Source: Mobula hypostoma
Taxonomy: Eukaryota
Assembly: GCF_963921235.1 (NCBI RefSeq)
Contig: NC_086097.1
Location: 75,146,001 to 75,210,000, forward strand
Direction of reading: 5' to 3'
DNA length: 64,000 nucleotides
Within the stretch, counting starts at the first letter, position 1. Each line of letters starts with the position of its first letter. The position numbers were made by a program, and so were the translations under genes. The notes under the pieces were generated by a model. That model had not been told where the DNA came from and made no database searches. It saw nothing but the letters and a program-made list of their open reading frames with translations. Below are positions 38,325 through 52,139 of the stretch, one piece after another.

Positions 38325-39322
38325 TAAAAGAAGCTATGCAAATCAGGCCATTCTGCACACAAACATATGTTCTATATTGCTTGCATGCACTCGGTTGGCA
38401 AATTGTTCTGAATATAGTGTGATACGAGCCACACTGCTAATCAGATTGAGAATGCTATCAGCATATTTGACAGTAAAATCTGCTGTAAGTGTGATATTAA
38501 TTCCCAAACAATGTTTAGTCACATCAGCACAGTCAAACTGAATTTTATCAGTACAGTCAACGTCAACCATACACAACTAAACATGTATTCAACAACAGGA
38601 AGATCTCTCTTGCTGTGCCACTTAAAGACATGAAGAGCCTGCAGGTTAGTTACTGTCTGATTTTTATGGTGTTGTTTTGTCTAAGGCTATTTACTCTCCA
38701 CAGGATGCTGTTTTGTGCAAGGTACTTTGAGGTGCTTTCAAAATCCTTAAGAGTTTCTGTAAGGCCCATAGGAATTAGTGTGCTAGGAGTTGGGAGAGTT
38801 GTGTGAAATTTTGTGAGAGTCTGTTGCTCCCAAACATGGGTGTCATTACTCTCAGAGCACAAGATGACACATTTCATGATTTTCAAGAGATTATTGATAG
38901 AGGTTTATTTACAAATAATAATTATGGGCAATTCATTTAATCATTGGCCTTTTTTAATTCAATCATGGAATTATAGAATATAGGCTTGTGTACATAGAAC
39001 ATAAAATAAAGTCATTCTGCTCTTTATAAGAGTTATCCAGTTGCACAGTCTGAACTGTCCTTTCTCTTTTACAAACTAATGCTTTTTTTTTGTTAAGTTA
39101 TATATCTATTTCCTTTTGAGAACATTTAATTAAATCTGCTTCCATCCGTTTTCAGACAATACAGTCCTGATCATAGCAACTTGCCAACTATTTCTTTCAC
39201 TTCACTCCAATCCCTTGCCCATAACATGTCATTTGGTTATTGAACATTTCCTTAGAAACTATTTCTCCTCATTTACTCTCTGAAAACCACTCAAGATTTT
39301 GACCACCTCTGTCAGAACATCT

Positions 39323-39445
39323 GAGTGGCATTGTGGCACAGCAGGTAGTTCCGCTGCTTCCCAGCTCCAGCAAGCTGGGTTTGATCCTAACTCAGTGCTG
39401 ACTATGTGCAATTTTTATGTTCTCCCCAATGTCTGTGTCATAACT
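39323..39445 (+). mobile_element. tRNA-headed V-SINE 5' remnant
   Basis: A-box-like GTGGCACAGCAGG and B-box-like GGGTTTGATCC followed by the start of a V-domain. Confidence 0.55.
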
Positions 39446-41999
39446 CTCAGGCAAAGATGGTTGCATAGTAATTTATCTTCCAAAATTTGACCTGGACTCC
39501 TTGCTTCAGTGAGAGAGGCAGCAAAAGTCTAAAGAAAAGCATGTGGCGTATGCAGAGAGTTGGCACTGTTGATGGTTATTGTTAGATGTAGAGACCAGAA
39601 GCTGTGGAACAATTAAGTAATGAACTAATGAAATAAATGTACCAGCTGTCATAAAAGAACAGAATAGTAAAATTAACCTATTTGCTTTTAGGAATCTATA
39701 GTTGCATCTTCAATTGAAATTTAGACTGTGATCTTTGACGATGCTTCTGCAAAAATCAATGCCCCTGATTTATGTACAAATTAAATCAATTAAAATGAAC
39801 GAGTGGTTAAAAATAATGAGTTGGGTTAGTACCACACTGAGTAAAACTCTTACTGGCAAACATAAATTTGAGATGTTGTGGGTTCAGGTCTGAATCAATT
39901 GAGGTTAAAATCAGCAGATGAGAAATTGAATCCATTTATGCCCAATTTTCATGAGCAAATCACACAATTAAAAAAATGTGATCTGGGATAGATCTCATTA
40001 GCTATAATTTCTTGGTGAAATTATACCATCAGAAAATTGGACTAAACTTGAATGTAACAGGAATACAAGTGCTATTCGCCTTAGCATGTCCTGACATTTT
40101 TCCAATGTCAGTCACACAGCTAATAACACCACAAGTCATGTACCACACATTTCCTCCTTTCTGACATAAATTGGACCTCTTGAGAGCAACCTCTGACCTT
40201 TGAACAATCATGAAAAAAAATTAGGAGTCCAGCAGGCTGAGACCACCAATCAGGCACCAATTAAAGGGATTTCCTTTTTATGTCGTTGCTGTCTTGCATG
40301 CTGCATCTGCCAGCCTTAGTTTACAATGGGCAGGATAACTGACTCAACTGTGTACATCAGAGCTACAGACTGTGGTCTCTGCCGCACTGATCATCTCACA
40401 TCTCATCTGGACGAGTCCCAAAGTGGGACAAGGGCCTGATGATCACGTGGAGGTGACTTGCACATATGGGAGTTGCTCTCACCTCCCTGGCAGCTTTTTA
40501 TATAGGTGTGCTGTGGTCTCTACAGGGAGAATTTGTTTAAGGTCAATGCCTTTCTCAGTGATCAGCCATAGCAAGCATGCAGAAGGCGGGAGTATGTCAT
40601 ACTGGGAACCACACATCCTATTTAAACAGTTGATTCTGGATATAAACCATGCTAAACCTACTCTTAATGTAATTTTTTTCAAATTCATTTTTTTTGAGGG
40701 AGATTTGCTTGTGTGTTGGTGTTGTATATGATTAGCATACAAAAAAGGATGAAGTCCAGTTTCAGGACAAAAATAATAAAAGTAAATCTAGACAGCAAAA
40801 AAAAACTTCCAAATGTACGTAAGAAATAATTACTCTGATTAAATGGACATCATCTGTAGCCAAGCAAAACAGATCATATGAAAGATAAAGTAATCCAAGT
40901 ATTGTGAAACAATTCCAAAGTTCTGATTCATTTGTCATATGACTCTGTGGAACAGTGCTTCCTGTTGTTAAATTTGTCCATATTTCTCAGCACTCATCAA
41001 GTAGAGCAATAGAGTTGATGCCTGGGTTATATGCTCCTTTTAGGGTATTCAGTTTCAGTTTTTATTTGATTTCTCATTGAATTGGGAATTTATTTTTTAA
41101 ATTCTTCTCTCCTTCATCGGGTCGTATGACAATCTATTGCATAAATCTGAAACTCTTATTTTCAAATGAATAATTTCTTGATTAGGATTTCCCAGCCAGA
41201 TGTGGTCCCATTTGGAAATATAATGAGTCCTTCATAGCCCCACCATGCCTGATTTGACAATAAGTCCTAATAAACCACTCGGCCTAAAAAATGTGATCCA
41301 TTTTCCATACACATATTGCATATAAAAGAGAGAAAATTGTTCTAGTGATCCATTAGGGAATTGGTCTGGGCACCTCCTTGTATAACTCACCCTGATGTTT
41401 CTGACATTTTCCTGGCTTCTGTCATAGAACCATTGGCATCAAAATTTGTACAATCCATGGTTTGAGCCTTACTGAGTTGAAATGAAGCTTTAGGGTGCAG
41501 CCTGCAACCTTTGTTAAATGCTTGCTATACAACTTAGAATACATCGTACTACTGTATTTTATTTGTGCCCAATTAAAGGGATAATCTGCAGATGTCAAGA
41601 GAACTGGCTGTGCAGCTTCAAATCTTGCTGTAGATGAAGAAGTACTGGAGTTCTCTAACTATAGGTGCTCATTCCTTGTGTGCCAATCTTGGAGGTGGTG
41701 TTGGAGGTTTCAGGTGTAAGAATGCACTCTGGTCACCTTCATTATCATCCCCATTCACTTCCTCTCCCATTGTTTCCCTTCCCAATCAATCACCTCCTAT
41801 TTTGAGACCAAGCAAAAGGAAAACAGAAGATATCTTGACACAATGACGTCACCATTTTGTTTTCCGACATTTAGCGGCTTGACCTCTGTGCTGGGCTGTA
41901 AGTTGCAGGAATGCCTGTGGTGGAGTCATTGGGAGTATATGGATGGTGTCATAATTGGTGTAGTTAACAGCATGATTACATGTATTTGAGTAGGTACTT

Positions 42000-42195
42000 C
42001 GCCTTCCATACAGCACATCCCACACACAACCACCTTCTCCCAACTAAACTGACCTGGGCTTTTCCTGCCCCACGTGTGACATAATCTGCAGATTCCACAT
42101 TGGCTGCATCAGTCATCTCGGAATTGTTTGCTGCATGCAGTGGGGATTCTCATTCCAGAACGGAGCTTGACCTGCCACTTCTAGCCATGCCTTCT
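42000..42195 (+). mobile_element. RTE-clade LINE 3' remnant
   Basis: Translates FSCPTCDIICRFHIGCISHL, matching the C-terminal C2H2-like motif of RTE ORFs. Confidence 0.5.
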
Positions 42196-42200
42196 GATTG

Positions 42201-43532
42201 AACCATAGAACCATAGAACACTACAGCACAGAAAATAGGCCATTTGGCCCTTCTAGTCTGTGCCGAAACATTATTCCGCTAGTCCCATTGACCTGCATCC
42301 AGTCCATAACCCTCCAGACCTCTCCCATCCATGTACCTATCCAATTTATTCTTAAAACTTAAGAGTGAGCCTGCATTTACCACGTCAGATGGCAGCTCGT
42401 TCCACACTCCCACTACTTTCCGAGTGAAGAAGTTCCCCCTAATGTTCCCACTAAACATTTCCCCTTTCACCCTAAAGCCACGTCCTCTCGTATTTATCTC
42501 TCCTAATCTAAGTGGAAAGAGTCTATTCACATTTACTCTGTCTATACCCCTCGTAATTTTGTAAACCTCTATGAAATCTCCTCTCATTCTTCTATGCTCC
42601 AAGGAATAAAGTCCTAACCTGTTCAATCTTTCCCTGTAACCCAGCTCCTGAAGACCCAGCAACATCCTTGTAAATCTTCTCTGCACTCTTTCAATCTTAC
42701 TGATATCCTTCCTATAGTTAGGTGACCAGAACTGTACACAATACTCCAAATTTGGCCTCACCAATGTCTTATACAACTTCCCCATAACATCCCAACTTCT
42801 ATACTCAATACTTTGACTTATGAATGCCAGGATGCCAAAAGCCTTCTTTACAACCCTGTTTCCTGTGACGCCACTTTCAGGGCATTATGTATCTAAACTC
42901 CCAGATCTCTTTGTTCCTCTGCACTCCTCAGTGCCCTACCATTTACTGTCCTACCTTGATTTGTCCTTCCAAAATGCAACACCTCACACTTGTCTGCATT
43001 AAATTCCATCTGCAATTTTGTGGCCCATTTTTCCAGTTGGTCCAGATCCCTCTGCAAGCTTTGAAAGCCTTCCTCGCTGTCCACAACATCTCCAATCTTA
43101 GTGTCATCAGCAAACTTGCTGATCCAATTTATCACATTATTATCTAGATCATTGATATAGATAACAAACAACAATGGTCCCAGCACAGATCCTTGAGGCA
43201 CACCACTAGTCACAGGCCTCCAGTCTGAGAAGCAATCATCCACTACCACTCTCTGTCTTCTCCCACACAGCCAATTTCGAATCCAGTTTACAACCTCTCC
43301 ATGGATACCTAGTGTCTGAACCTTCTGAACTAACCTCCCATGTGGGACCTTGTCAAAGCCTTATTAAAGTCCATGTAGACAACACCCACAGCCTTTCCTT
43401 CGTCTTCTTTCTTGGTAACCTCCTCGAAAAACTCTACAAGATTCATTAAACACGATCTACCATGCACAAAGCCATGCTGACTATCCTTAATCAGCCCTCA
43501 GCTGACCAAATACTTGCATATCCGATCTCTCA
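42201..43532 (-). mobile_element. CR1 LINE, 5'-truncated
   Basis: [42 protein letters not shown]; (TTCTATGG)n tail. Confidence 0.94.
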
Positions 43533-43904
43533 GTTTTCATCCTCCCTTACTGCTTTATTCTCAGTCTTCAGGATTTCATTGTCCTTTTGATTGAAAGTTG
43601 GTGCAATCCCCTTTCTTTTCTATAATCTGTGGCAGCCATAATAATGAGCTGCTGCCGTCTGGCTGCCAAAAGTCATGTGCCTTTGAGAGCTGGTGCTCTT
43701 CTCCAAATCCTCTAGCTGTGCTGAATTCTGAGAAGTCTTGTGCACAATGCTGGCAGCATATTACAATGGCCCTGTTTCTTATATATTTTGGTGAATTTAA
43801 TGAGTTTTCTTTCATGGTGTATCTGTGTGTTAACACTGCACATTGAAAATGTTTATTATACTAACAAAACCAGTAAGCCCAATTCCTATCCTATTTAATT
43901 CACT

Positions 43905-45432
43905 TTCAGCACAGCTACCGGCACAACAGGCCCACAGCAGATGCCATATCATTGGCTCCTCACTCAACCTTGAACTTCTGGACAGCAAAGGAGCATACAT
44001 CACGGTGCTCTTCATCAACTACAGCTTGGCATTCAATACCATCATCCCCTCAGAACTAACCAGTAGGCATCAAGTCCTTGGCTTCAATATCTCCTTATGC
44101 AATTGGATCCTGGATTTTCTCACTTGCAGGTTATAGTCAATTCAGATTGGCAGCAACATCTCCTCCACAAACTCCATCAGCTGTATACTTAGCCACCTGG
44201 TCTACTCACTTTGCATTTAATGACAATGTGGCTAAGCACTAATTCCATATTCAAGTTTGCTGATGAGACTACTGTCATAAAAACATAAGAAGATAAGAAA
44301 TAAGAGCGGGAATAGGCCACCTGGCCTGCTGAGACTGCTCCGCCATTCAACAAGCTTATGGCTAATCTGGCCAGAGACTCATCTCCAGCTACCTGCCTTT
44401 TTCCCATAACCCTTAACTCCCTTACTATGCAAAACCTTACTGTCAGCCGAACTGTAGGCTGAAACGAAGGTGGCGATGAATCAGCATGTACAGCACGTAT
44501 GAAGGAGACTGAAAATCTGGCTGAATGGTGCCACAACAATAACCTCTTATTCAATGTCAGCAAGACCAAGGAGCTGATAATCGTCTACAGAAGGAGCATA
44601 CCAGTGGTCCATAAGCTTGTCTTCATCAGAGTATCAGAGATGGAGAGAGTCAGCAACTTTAAATTCCTCAGTGTTATCATTTCGGAAAACCCGTCCTGGG
44701 CCCAGCATGTAAGTGCAAATACGAAGAAGGCAAAGCAGCACCACTACTTCCTTAGGGCTTTGCGAAGATTTGGCATGATATCTAAAACTTTGACAAACTT
44801 CTATAGATTTGTGACGGAGAGTATATTGACCGGCTGTATCATAGCCTAGTATGAAACATCAATGCCCTTGAATGGAAAAATCCCATAAAGAGTAGTGGAT
44901 ATGGTCCAGCTCATCATGGGTAAAGCCCTCCCCACCATTGAGCAGATCTACACCAAACATTGTTGCTGGAATGCAGAATCCATCATCAGGGACCCCCACC
45001 ACCCAGGTCATGCTCTCTTCTCGCTGCTGCCATCAGGAAGCAGGTACAGAACCCTCAGGACACACACCACTAGGTTCAGGAACAGTTATTACCTGTCAAC
45101 CGTCAGGTTCTTGAACCAAAGGGGATAACTTTACTCAACTTCACGCCCCATCACTAAACTGTTCCCACTGTCTATGGGGTCACTTTCAAGGACTCTCCAT
45201 CTCATATTCTCAGTATTAATTGCTTGTTTATTTATTATTACTTCTTTCTTTCTGTATTTGCTGCTTGTTATCTTTTGCACATGACTTTATTGCCCAAGTT
45301 GGTGATGTCTTTCATTGATTCTATTATGGTTATTTTTATTTTATGGATTTATTGTATTTGCCTTCAAGAAATTGAATCTCAGGGTTGTATATGATGATAT
45401 ATATATGTACTTTGATAATAAATTTACTTTGA
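43905..45432 (+). mobile_element. Rex1/Babar LINE, family A, with a nested CR1 3' end
   Basis: LFINYSLAFNTIIP, KFADETT, NVSKTKELI, RFRNSYY; family A tail ends at 45432. Confidence 0.9.
44278..44437 (-). mobile_element. short CR1 3' end nested in a Rex RT region
   Basis: 8-bp TSD TACTGTCA at 44270-44277 and 44438-44445; (TTCTTAT)n tail; CR1-type 3' UTR. Confidence 0.88.
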
Positions 45433-45769
45433 TCGTGTGGATAGCCGGAGGCTTTTTCCCAGGGTTGAAATGGCTAACACGAGGGGGCATAGTTTTAAGG
45501 TGTTGGGAAGTAGGTACGAGGAGGATGTCAGAGGTAAGTTTTTCACACAGAGAGTGGTGGGTGCGTGGGATGTACTGCCAGCAAAGGTGGTAGAGGCGGA
45601 TACAATAGGGTCTTTTAAGAGACTCTTAGATAAGTACATGGAGCTAAGAAAAATAGAGGGCTATGCGGTAGGGAAATTCTAGGCAGTTTTGAGAGTAGGT
45701 TACATGCTCAGCACAACATTGTGGGCCAAAGGGCCTGTAACGTGCTGTAGATTTTCTATGTTTCTATGT
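45433..45769 (+). mobile_element. CR1 LINE 3' end
   Basis: LFPRVEMANTRGHSFKV..KFFTQRVVGAWD..FKRLLDKYM; TTCTATGT tail. Confidence 0.92.
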
Positions 45770-45774
45770 CAGAA

Positions 45775-48017
45775 TATCTTTCAAGAAGATGAACCCTCAC
45801 AAGGCGTCAGTCCCTGATGGTGTACCTGGTAGGCTTTGAATACCTGTGACAACCAATTGACAGTGGTGTTCAAGGACATCTTCAGTCCCTCACTGCTATA
45901 GTCGTAGGTTTCCATCTGCTTTAAAAGGGCGACGATCATACCAATGCCCGAGAAGAGCAGGGTGGGCTGCCTCAACAACCATCACCTAGTGGCTCTCACA
46001 TCTACTGTGATAAGGTGTTTTGAGAGGTTGATTATGACGAGAATCAACTTCTGCCTAAGCAAGGACCTGGACCCTCTGCAATCTTCCTACTGTCACAATA
46101 GGACTACAGTAGATGCAATCTCACTGACTCTCTACTCAGTACTGGATCACCTGGACATGAATAATATCTAAATCAGGCTGTTTAGTATTGACTACAACTG
46201 AGTGTCCAACACAATCATACCCTCAGTTCTAATCAACAAGCTCCAATATCTGGTCCTATGTACCTCCCTCTGAAAATGGACCCTTGTCCTCCTCATGGGA
46301 CACCACAATCAGTGTGGATTGGAAATAACATCTCCTCCTTGCTGACTGCAGCTCTAGTCTCTCTACACTCTCGATTAGGTGGCTATGATCAGATCAAACG
46401 CAGTATATAACTTTGCCGATGACACAACTTTTGTTGGCAGAATTTCAAATGGCGATGAGGGGCTGTATAGGAGCGAGAATAGATTAGATTAGATTAGATT
46501 ATGAGGACACGTAGTCCTCTTTTATTGTCATTTAGTAATGCATGCATTAAGAAATGATACAATGTTCCTCCAGAATGATATCACAGAAACACAAGACAAA
46601 CCAAGACTGAAAAGCTGACAAAAAACACATAATTATAACACATAGTTACAACAGTGCAAAGCAATACTGTAATTTGATAAAGAACAGATCATGGGCACAG
46701 TAAAAAAAAGTCTCAAAGTCTCTCGAAAGTCCCATCATCTCATGCCGACGGTAGAACGAAGAAAAACTCTCCCTGCCATGAGCTTCCAGCGCCGCAAACT
46801 TGCTGATGCAGCACCCTGGAAGCACCTGACCACAGCCGACACTTGAGTCCATCTGAAAAATTCGAGCCTCCGACCAGCCCTCCGACACCAAGCACCGAGC
46901 ACCATCTCTGCCGAGTGCTTCGACCCTGGCCCCGGCAACAGGCAACAGGCAAAGCCGAGGATTTGGGGCCTTCCCCTCCGGAGATTCTCGATCGCACAGT
47001 AGCAGTGGCAGCTAAGCGGGCATTTCAGAAGTTTCTCCAGATGTTCCTCCATGCTTCTCACTCCTGTCTCCATCAAATCAGGATTGTGCACAGTACCTAC
47101 TTACAAATACAATATCATTTCGGAGCAGCCATGTGTGCTGCATCATGCCGCCATCTTCTCCTCCCCTCCTAGATAGATCAGAAATGGAGAGAGTGGGTAA
47201 TTTCAAGTTCCTGGGTGTCATTATCTTTAAGGACCTAACCTGGACCCACCATATCAATGCAGCTATAAAGAAGACAAGACATTTCGTTAGGAGTTGAGGA
47301 AATCTAGTACGTCACCAAAACCACTTGCAAATCTCTACAGATGTACAATGAACAGCATTCTAAATGGTTGCATCACCCTCTGATATGGGAGTAGGGCTAC
47401 TGTACGGGATTGAAGTAAACTGCAGAGAATTGTAAAAGTAGTCAGCTCCATCATGGACATTAGTCTCCGTTGTTTCCAGGACATTTTCAAGGAGCAGTGC
47501 CTCAGAAAAGCGGTGTCCATCATTAAGGACCCCCACCACCCATCTCATTGCTACCACCAGCAAGGAAGTGCAGAAGCCCCAAGGCACATACTCAACAATT
47601 TGAGAATGGCTTCTACCCCTCTGCCATCCGAGTTCTGAATGGACATTGAGCTCATGAACATTACCTGAGAAGGCAATGCCGGCATCCATCATTAAGGACC
47701 TCCATAACCCTGGATATATCCTCTTCTCATTGCTAGCATCAAGGAGGATGTACAGGAGTATGAAGACACATAGTCAACATTTCAGGAACAGCTTCTTTCC
47801 CTCCGCTACCAGATTTCTGAATGGACAATGAACCTACTAACACTACTTCAGTATTTTTCCTTTATTTTTGTACTACCTATTTAATTTCATTTTCTTTTTT
47901 TATATATGCTTATTGTAATTTATATTTGTTATTATGTATTGCAATGTACTTCTGCAGCGAAACGACAAATTTCATGACATACAGTATGCCAATGAAATTA
48001 AATCTGACTCTGATTCT
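45775..48017 (+). mobile_element. Rex1/Babar LINE, family C, interrupted at 46482-47170, with a doubled 3' segment (47500-47666 and 47667-47840)
   Basis: VALTSTVIRCFERL..LDPLQ, FADDTT; tail AATCTGACTCTGATTCT. Confidence 0.85.
46482..47170 (-). mobile_element. non-autonomous retroelement with AATCT tail, copy 2, apparently full length
   Basis: (AATCT)4 tail; 3' hairpin at 46503-46519; 5' end AGGAGGGGAGGAGAAGATGGCGGC; host Rex sequence resumes with an imperfect AGA(A)TAGAT duplication. Confidence 0.88.
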
Positions 48018-48559
48018 TCTAGGTGGAGCAGAGAAGACTGGCAAACCACTCTAATCTGCATAGTCTAAAGAAAGTGATTTTACTATTTGGATGCATGCTT
48101 GAAACCAGCAGCTGATAGTTGTCTGCAGTGTAGGAACACCTTGTCAAGTTACAAGAGGGGACAGAAGCAATGGACCTGACAAATGCAAATCATCGGTCTT
48201 TGGTGATTATCCCGGGGTTTCTGGCATCAGTATTTGCTAGGAGGTCCTTACCAGCAAAAAAGGAATGCAGGGATGGAGATACAAGAGACTGCACATGCTG
48301 GAAATTGGAATATAAAACCAATGCTGGAGGAACTCAGCAGGGATGAAGGCTGGTATCACTTCATTTACCCACTAGTACCAACTTTCAAAGCTGAGGGAGA
48401 TACTCTGGCATATTACAAAGCAACTGTACTTGTGGAGGCTTCAGCATTATCAACCTCTTCAGACATTACAGGCTATAGATTAGTTTACAACTGCTTTAAC
48501 TGAATTCCAGAGATGAACTGAGAGTGATTTTCTGTGGCTTTGAAACAACATTTGACCAA

Positions 48560-49060
48560 ATATAGCATCAGGAAGCTGTTAATGGCCATTGAGGAATAAC
48601 GCTCTGAATATTGTAGTCATTGCTCACAGAAATGAAGGAAATTGTTGGAAGTCAATCATCGTAGCCCTAGAGCAGCTCTGCAGGAGTTCCTCTGGCAAGT
48701 GCCTGGCAGCCATCTTCAGCTACTTTATGAATGACTTTCCTTCCATCATAAGATCAGAAGTGATGGCATTTCCCAATGTTTGCACAGTGTTCCATTAGCC
48801 AGCAAATGAAACAAACATTGGGCAGGACCTAGACAAATATGGGCTAATAAAGAGCAAATAACACTTATGCGCAAGTACCAGGCAATGATTACATCCATCA
48901 ATGACAAGTTTCGATATGTTTGACCTTCAGTGACATATAGTTATTGAATGTATCTATCACCTTTGCCACTGACCAGAACCCTGCTGGGCCAACTACATCA
49001 AAAGCTGCAACTAGAGCAGGTTAGTAGTGGGGTACGCTGTAGCAAGGGACTCACCAGAAG
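48560..49060 (+). mobile_element. ancient CR1-group LINE RT remnant
   Basis: Degenerate VGSQSS..SAGVP..IFSYFMNDFPSIIRSEV..CTVF (decayed RT core). Confidence 0.6.
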
Positions 49061-50789
49061 CTATTGAAGAATTAACCATGTTACATTTTGTGTTTTGCCT
49101 ATATCTATTTGGGATTTCACCCAACAAAATTCTAGGTTAATTTGCGAAGTGTGTAATGCATATACATACTCGAATCCAAGTAATTATAAAAACCTTAAAA
49201 AGAGTGCTTTCTGCCAAGAGGAAGGGAACATCAAAGGAAAAGTTATTGCTAAGCAATCTTGCATATTTCTAAGCTGCTGCTAAGAAGACAACTTTGTTGA
49301 AAGCTCAGCATATGGTTCTTGATGGATGAAGAATGGAGATTGGCAACTGGAATATAAAAACAGAACAGAAATTTTCCGTTAAGCTGCATATGGCATTGAA
49401 AAGTCAAATAATACCTTAAAATAATTTCTGTTCTATTGAAAGAGGCAATTCAATCATTACAGAATTACAGTAACTGGCATATATTTGAATATATTCTTCT
49501 AGTATTAAGGCTATCTCTGTTCTAAGTTACAATATATTGTTTCAGCAATTAGAAGTCATCCAGTTCAGAAGAAATTACGTTTCCATTAATTTGTCCTCAT
49601 GTTTACCTACCCTCTGTTTAGTTGTACAAATATAGGTTCCCTGCTTGTGTGAACTAAATATTAATGCTCTTACATTTAAAAATTCCAATGCTCAGAAGAA
49701 ATTCTGTTAATTGAACATTAGAAATTGCATTTGAATCATTGAAATGGATTGCATTTCAAATTGCTCATGGTGACTGGGATTTATTTTGCCAAATAGCTAC
49801 AATAAAAAGAATGCTGAAGCAGCAGGACCTTTCATGATAATGACAAAAGGTTAGCTGGAGCTGTGGGCTGTTTGTATTTCATGATTGCCTGTCTTTCTGC
49901 ATTTTGGATCCATTGATGCAGGAAGCTTTCAGAAGGCGTTGATGTTAGCTGATTTGCATAACTGCTGTATTTAAAATGAGCATCACAAATTCTGACTTTA
50001 TAATTTATTTGTCAAAAACAAAGATGCCTTACAAAAATGGGGAAGACTGGTCCTTTGACAAACTTTGTATTTTAATATTGACAACTATGCGTGTCTCGCT
50101 TACACACACAATATTGCATGGTTGATAAAATATAACATGGGTGTATGATCTATAATTGTAAAGTTATGAGCAAAAGCAATTCTCTTTATTCAATGGACAT
50201 TGCTCATTTTAGATTAAAAACCCATTAAGATTGTTGTATGTTATGAACGCTATTAACCCTTTTAACATTCAATTCAAATTATCAAGGTTTTTGTGCTTTT
50301 AATCTGTATTTGTTTTGATTGTTTTTAATCTGTATTTGAAATTGCATTTTCGTAATTAAGTGATATAAGTTGGAGATTTTGAATTTACAGAGCAATAAAA
50401 ACTCCCTTGGCTTGATAAATAATTGGCCATTTAAAGTTAACAATTTACACAATTTGATTATAGGAGGTTTTGCTAAAATTTTTGTGCCTTGAATATTTGT
50501 GTCTAATTTATAAAATCTGCCTTTATAGATGTGAGGTTTGTTCACTAAGCAAGATGAAATTAAAATGAGCACAAAGAATTGTGTTTTTGTGAATTTATTT
50601 GAATCAAGAGTGATAGCTTTTTTATGGATCTCCTAGAAGTAAAAATTAGCATCCAATTCAGCCAAGCCTTCAGACAATGCAAGTTTGTTCCAGCAAAGCC
50701 GCAAAATAATTTGTAATCTTTTATCAAAACTGTAAAAATGAAGGTAAGGATAACAAGGTATATACAGACATTGTGTTGCATGCAACAAA

Positions 50790-51250
50790 CAATCCTTTAG
50801 AACATGGGCTGAGCAACTTCCCTGGGAGGAAAGGGACTGGTGATGTTTTGGGTCAAAGCCCTGCATCAGAGTGGAGGGTGGAGATGGTCAATATGATGAG
50901 GTGAGGCAGGGCCTAAAAGGAGACTGGTGAACAGAGGATAGGTGAAGGGCAATGAGCAAATGGAACCAAGTGGAAGAATGGCAGGGATAGAAGATTGGTG
51001 GACCAGACAAAAAGAAGGTAGATGGAGACAGGTGGGGCAAGGGGAGGGTAAAGGTGGAGACAGTTTCCAGAGGGTTATAAACAGGAACTCAAAGGCTACT
51101 ACTGCTGCTATCTAATAAATAAGGTAGGTCATAATGGGAATATTTAGAGGAGAGGTGAAGGGCAGATGGAATCAAAGGGGATAGATCTAGTGCGTAAAAA
51201 TATATGGATGGTAGGTGAATGGAACCAGGAAGGGGAAGGGGTGTGGTTAT
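50790..51250 (-). mobile_element. old Penelope-like terminal remnant
   Basis: Resembles 63031-63400, including a decayed hammerhead-like motif at 50838-50873 and a purine-rich tract. Confidence 0.5.
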
Positions 51251-51426
51251 TCTGCTTCTATTGAATTTATTGATCTGTTAAGTTGGCCTTTGTAAACATG
51301 TGACTGGAATTTACACCCTTTCTCCACAGAAAGCAAAGTAATACCTCAACTTTGCATCTTACTGCTATTTGTCACTTTTTCTCAGCCACCTAACCCCAAT
51401 ACAAGCCATGTAAGATATTCTACTTT

Positions 51427-52115
51427 GGTTTATTATCACTGACGTAGGTCATAGTATTTGTTGTTTTGTAACAGAAATGCAGTGCAAAATTTAAAAATGA
51501 ATATAAATAAGTAAACTCTGCAGAAGAGGAAGGATGATGTAGTGTTCATGGGTGTGTGATCCATTCAGAAATCAGATGGTGGAGGGAAAGCTGCTCGTGG
51601 ATAACTGAGTGTGGGTATTCAGGCTCCTTGATAGTAGTAATGAGAACAGGACACATCCCAGATGATGAGGGTCCTTAAAGATGGATGCTGCCTTATAGAG
51701 GCATCACCTCTAGAAGATATCATCAATGGGGGGATTGCTTGCACCCAAGATGGAGGTGGCTGAGTCTATACCCCTCTGTGCATTGGAGCCTCCATACCAA
51801 TTGGTGAAACAATCAGTCCGAATTCTCTCCACAGTAACTCTGTAGAAATTTGCAAGTCCTCAGTGGCATGCAAAGCCTTCGCAAGCTCCTAATGAAGTAA
51901 AGCCGCTAGCATGTTTTTTTTTCACGTTTCCTTCAACGTGTTAGGCCCCAGACAGATCCTACACAATGCTGATGCCCTTGAACTTGAAGCTGCTCACCCT
52001 TTCCATTGTTGACCTCTCAATGATGTAAGTTCTCACGAAGTCCACGGTCAGTTTATTGGTCTTTCTGAAGCTGAGTGCAGTGCAAGGTTGTTGCTCCAAT
52101 ACCACTCAACCAGTA
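51427..52115 (-). mobile_element. Rex1/Babar family C fragment, old
   Basis: GGTTTATTATCACTGAC end; similar to 25050-25779 and 57550-57998. Confidence 0.75.
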
Positions 52116-52139
52116 GATTCAAAGCTTGCCAGATTAGAT

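Noticed and set aside
46646..47172. ORFs on both strands suggesting a small gene
   Set aside because: They lie within the GC-rich non-autonomous retroelement, and the ORF track shows no matching ORFs for the copy at 11771-12297
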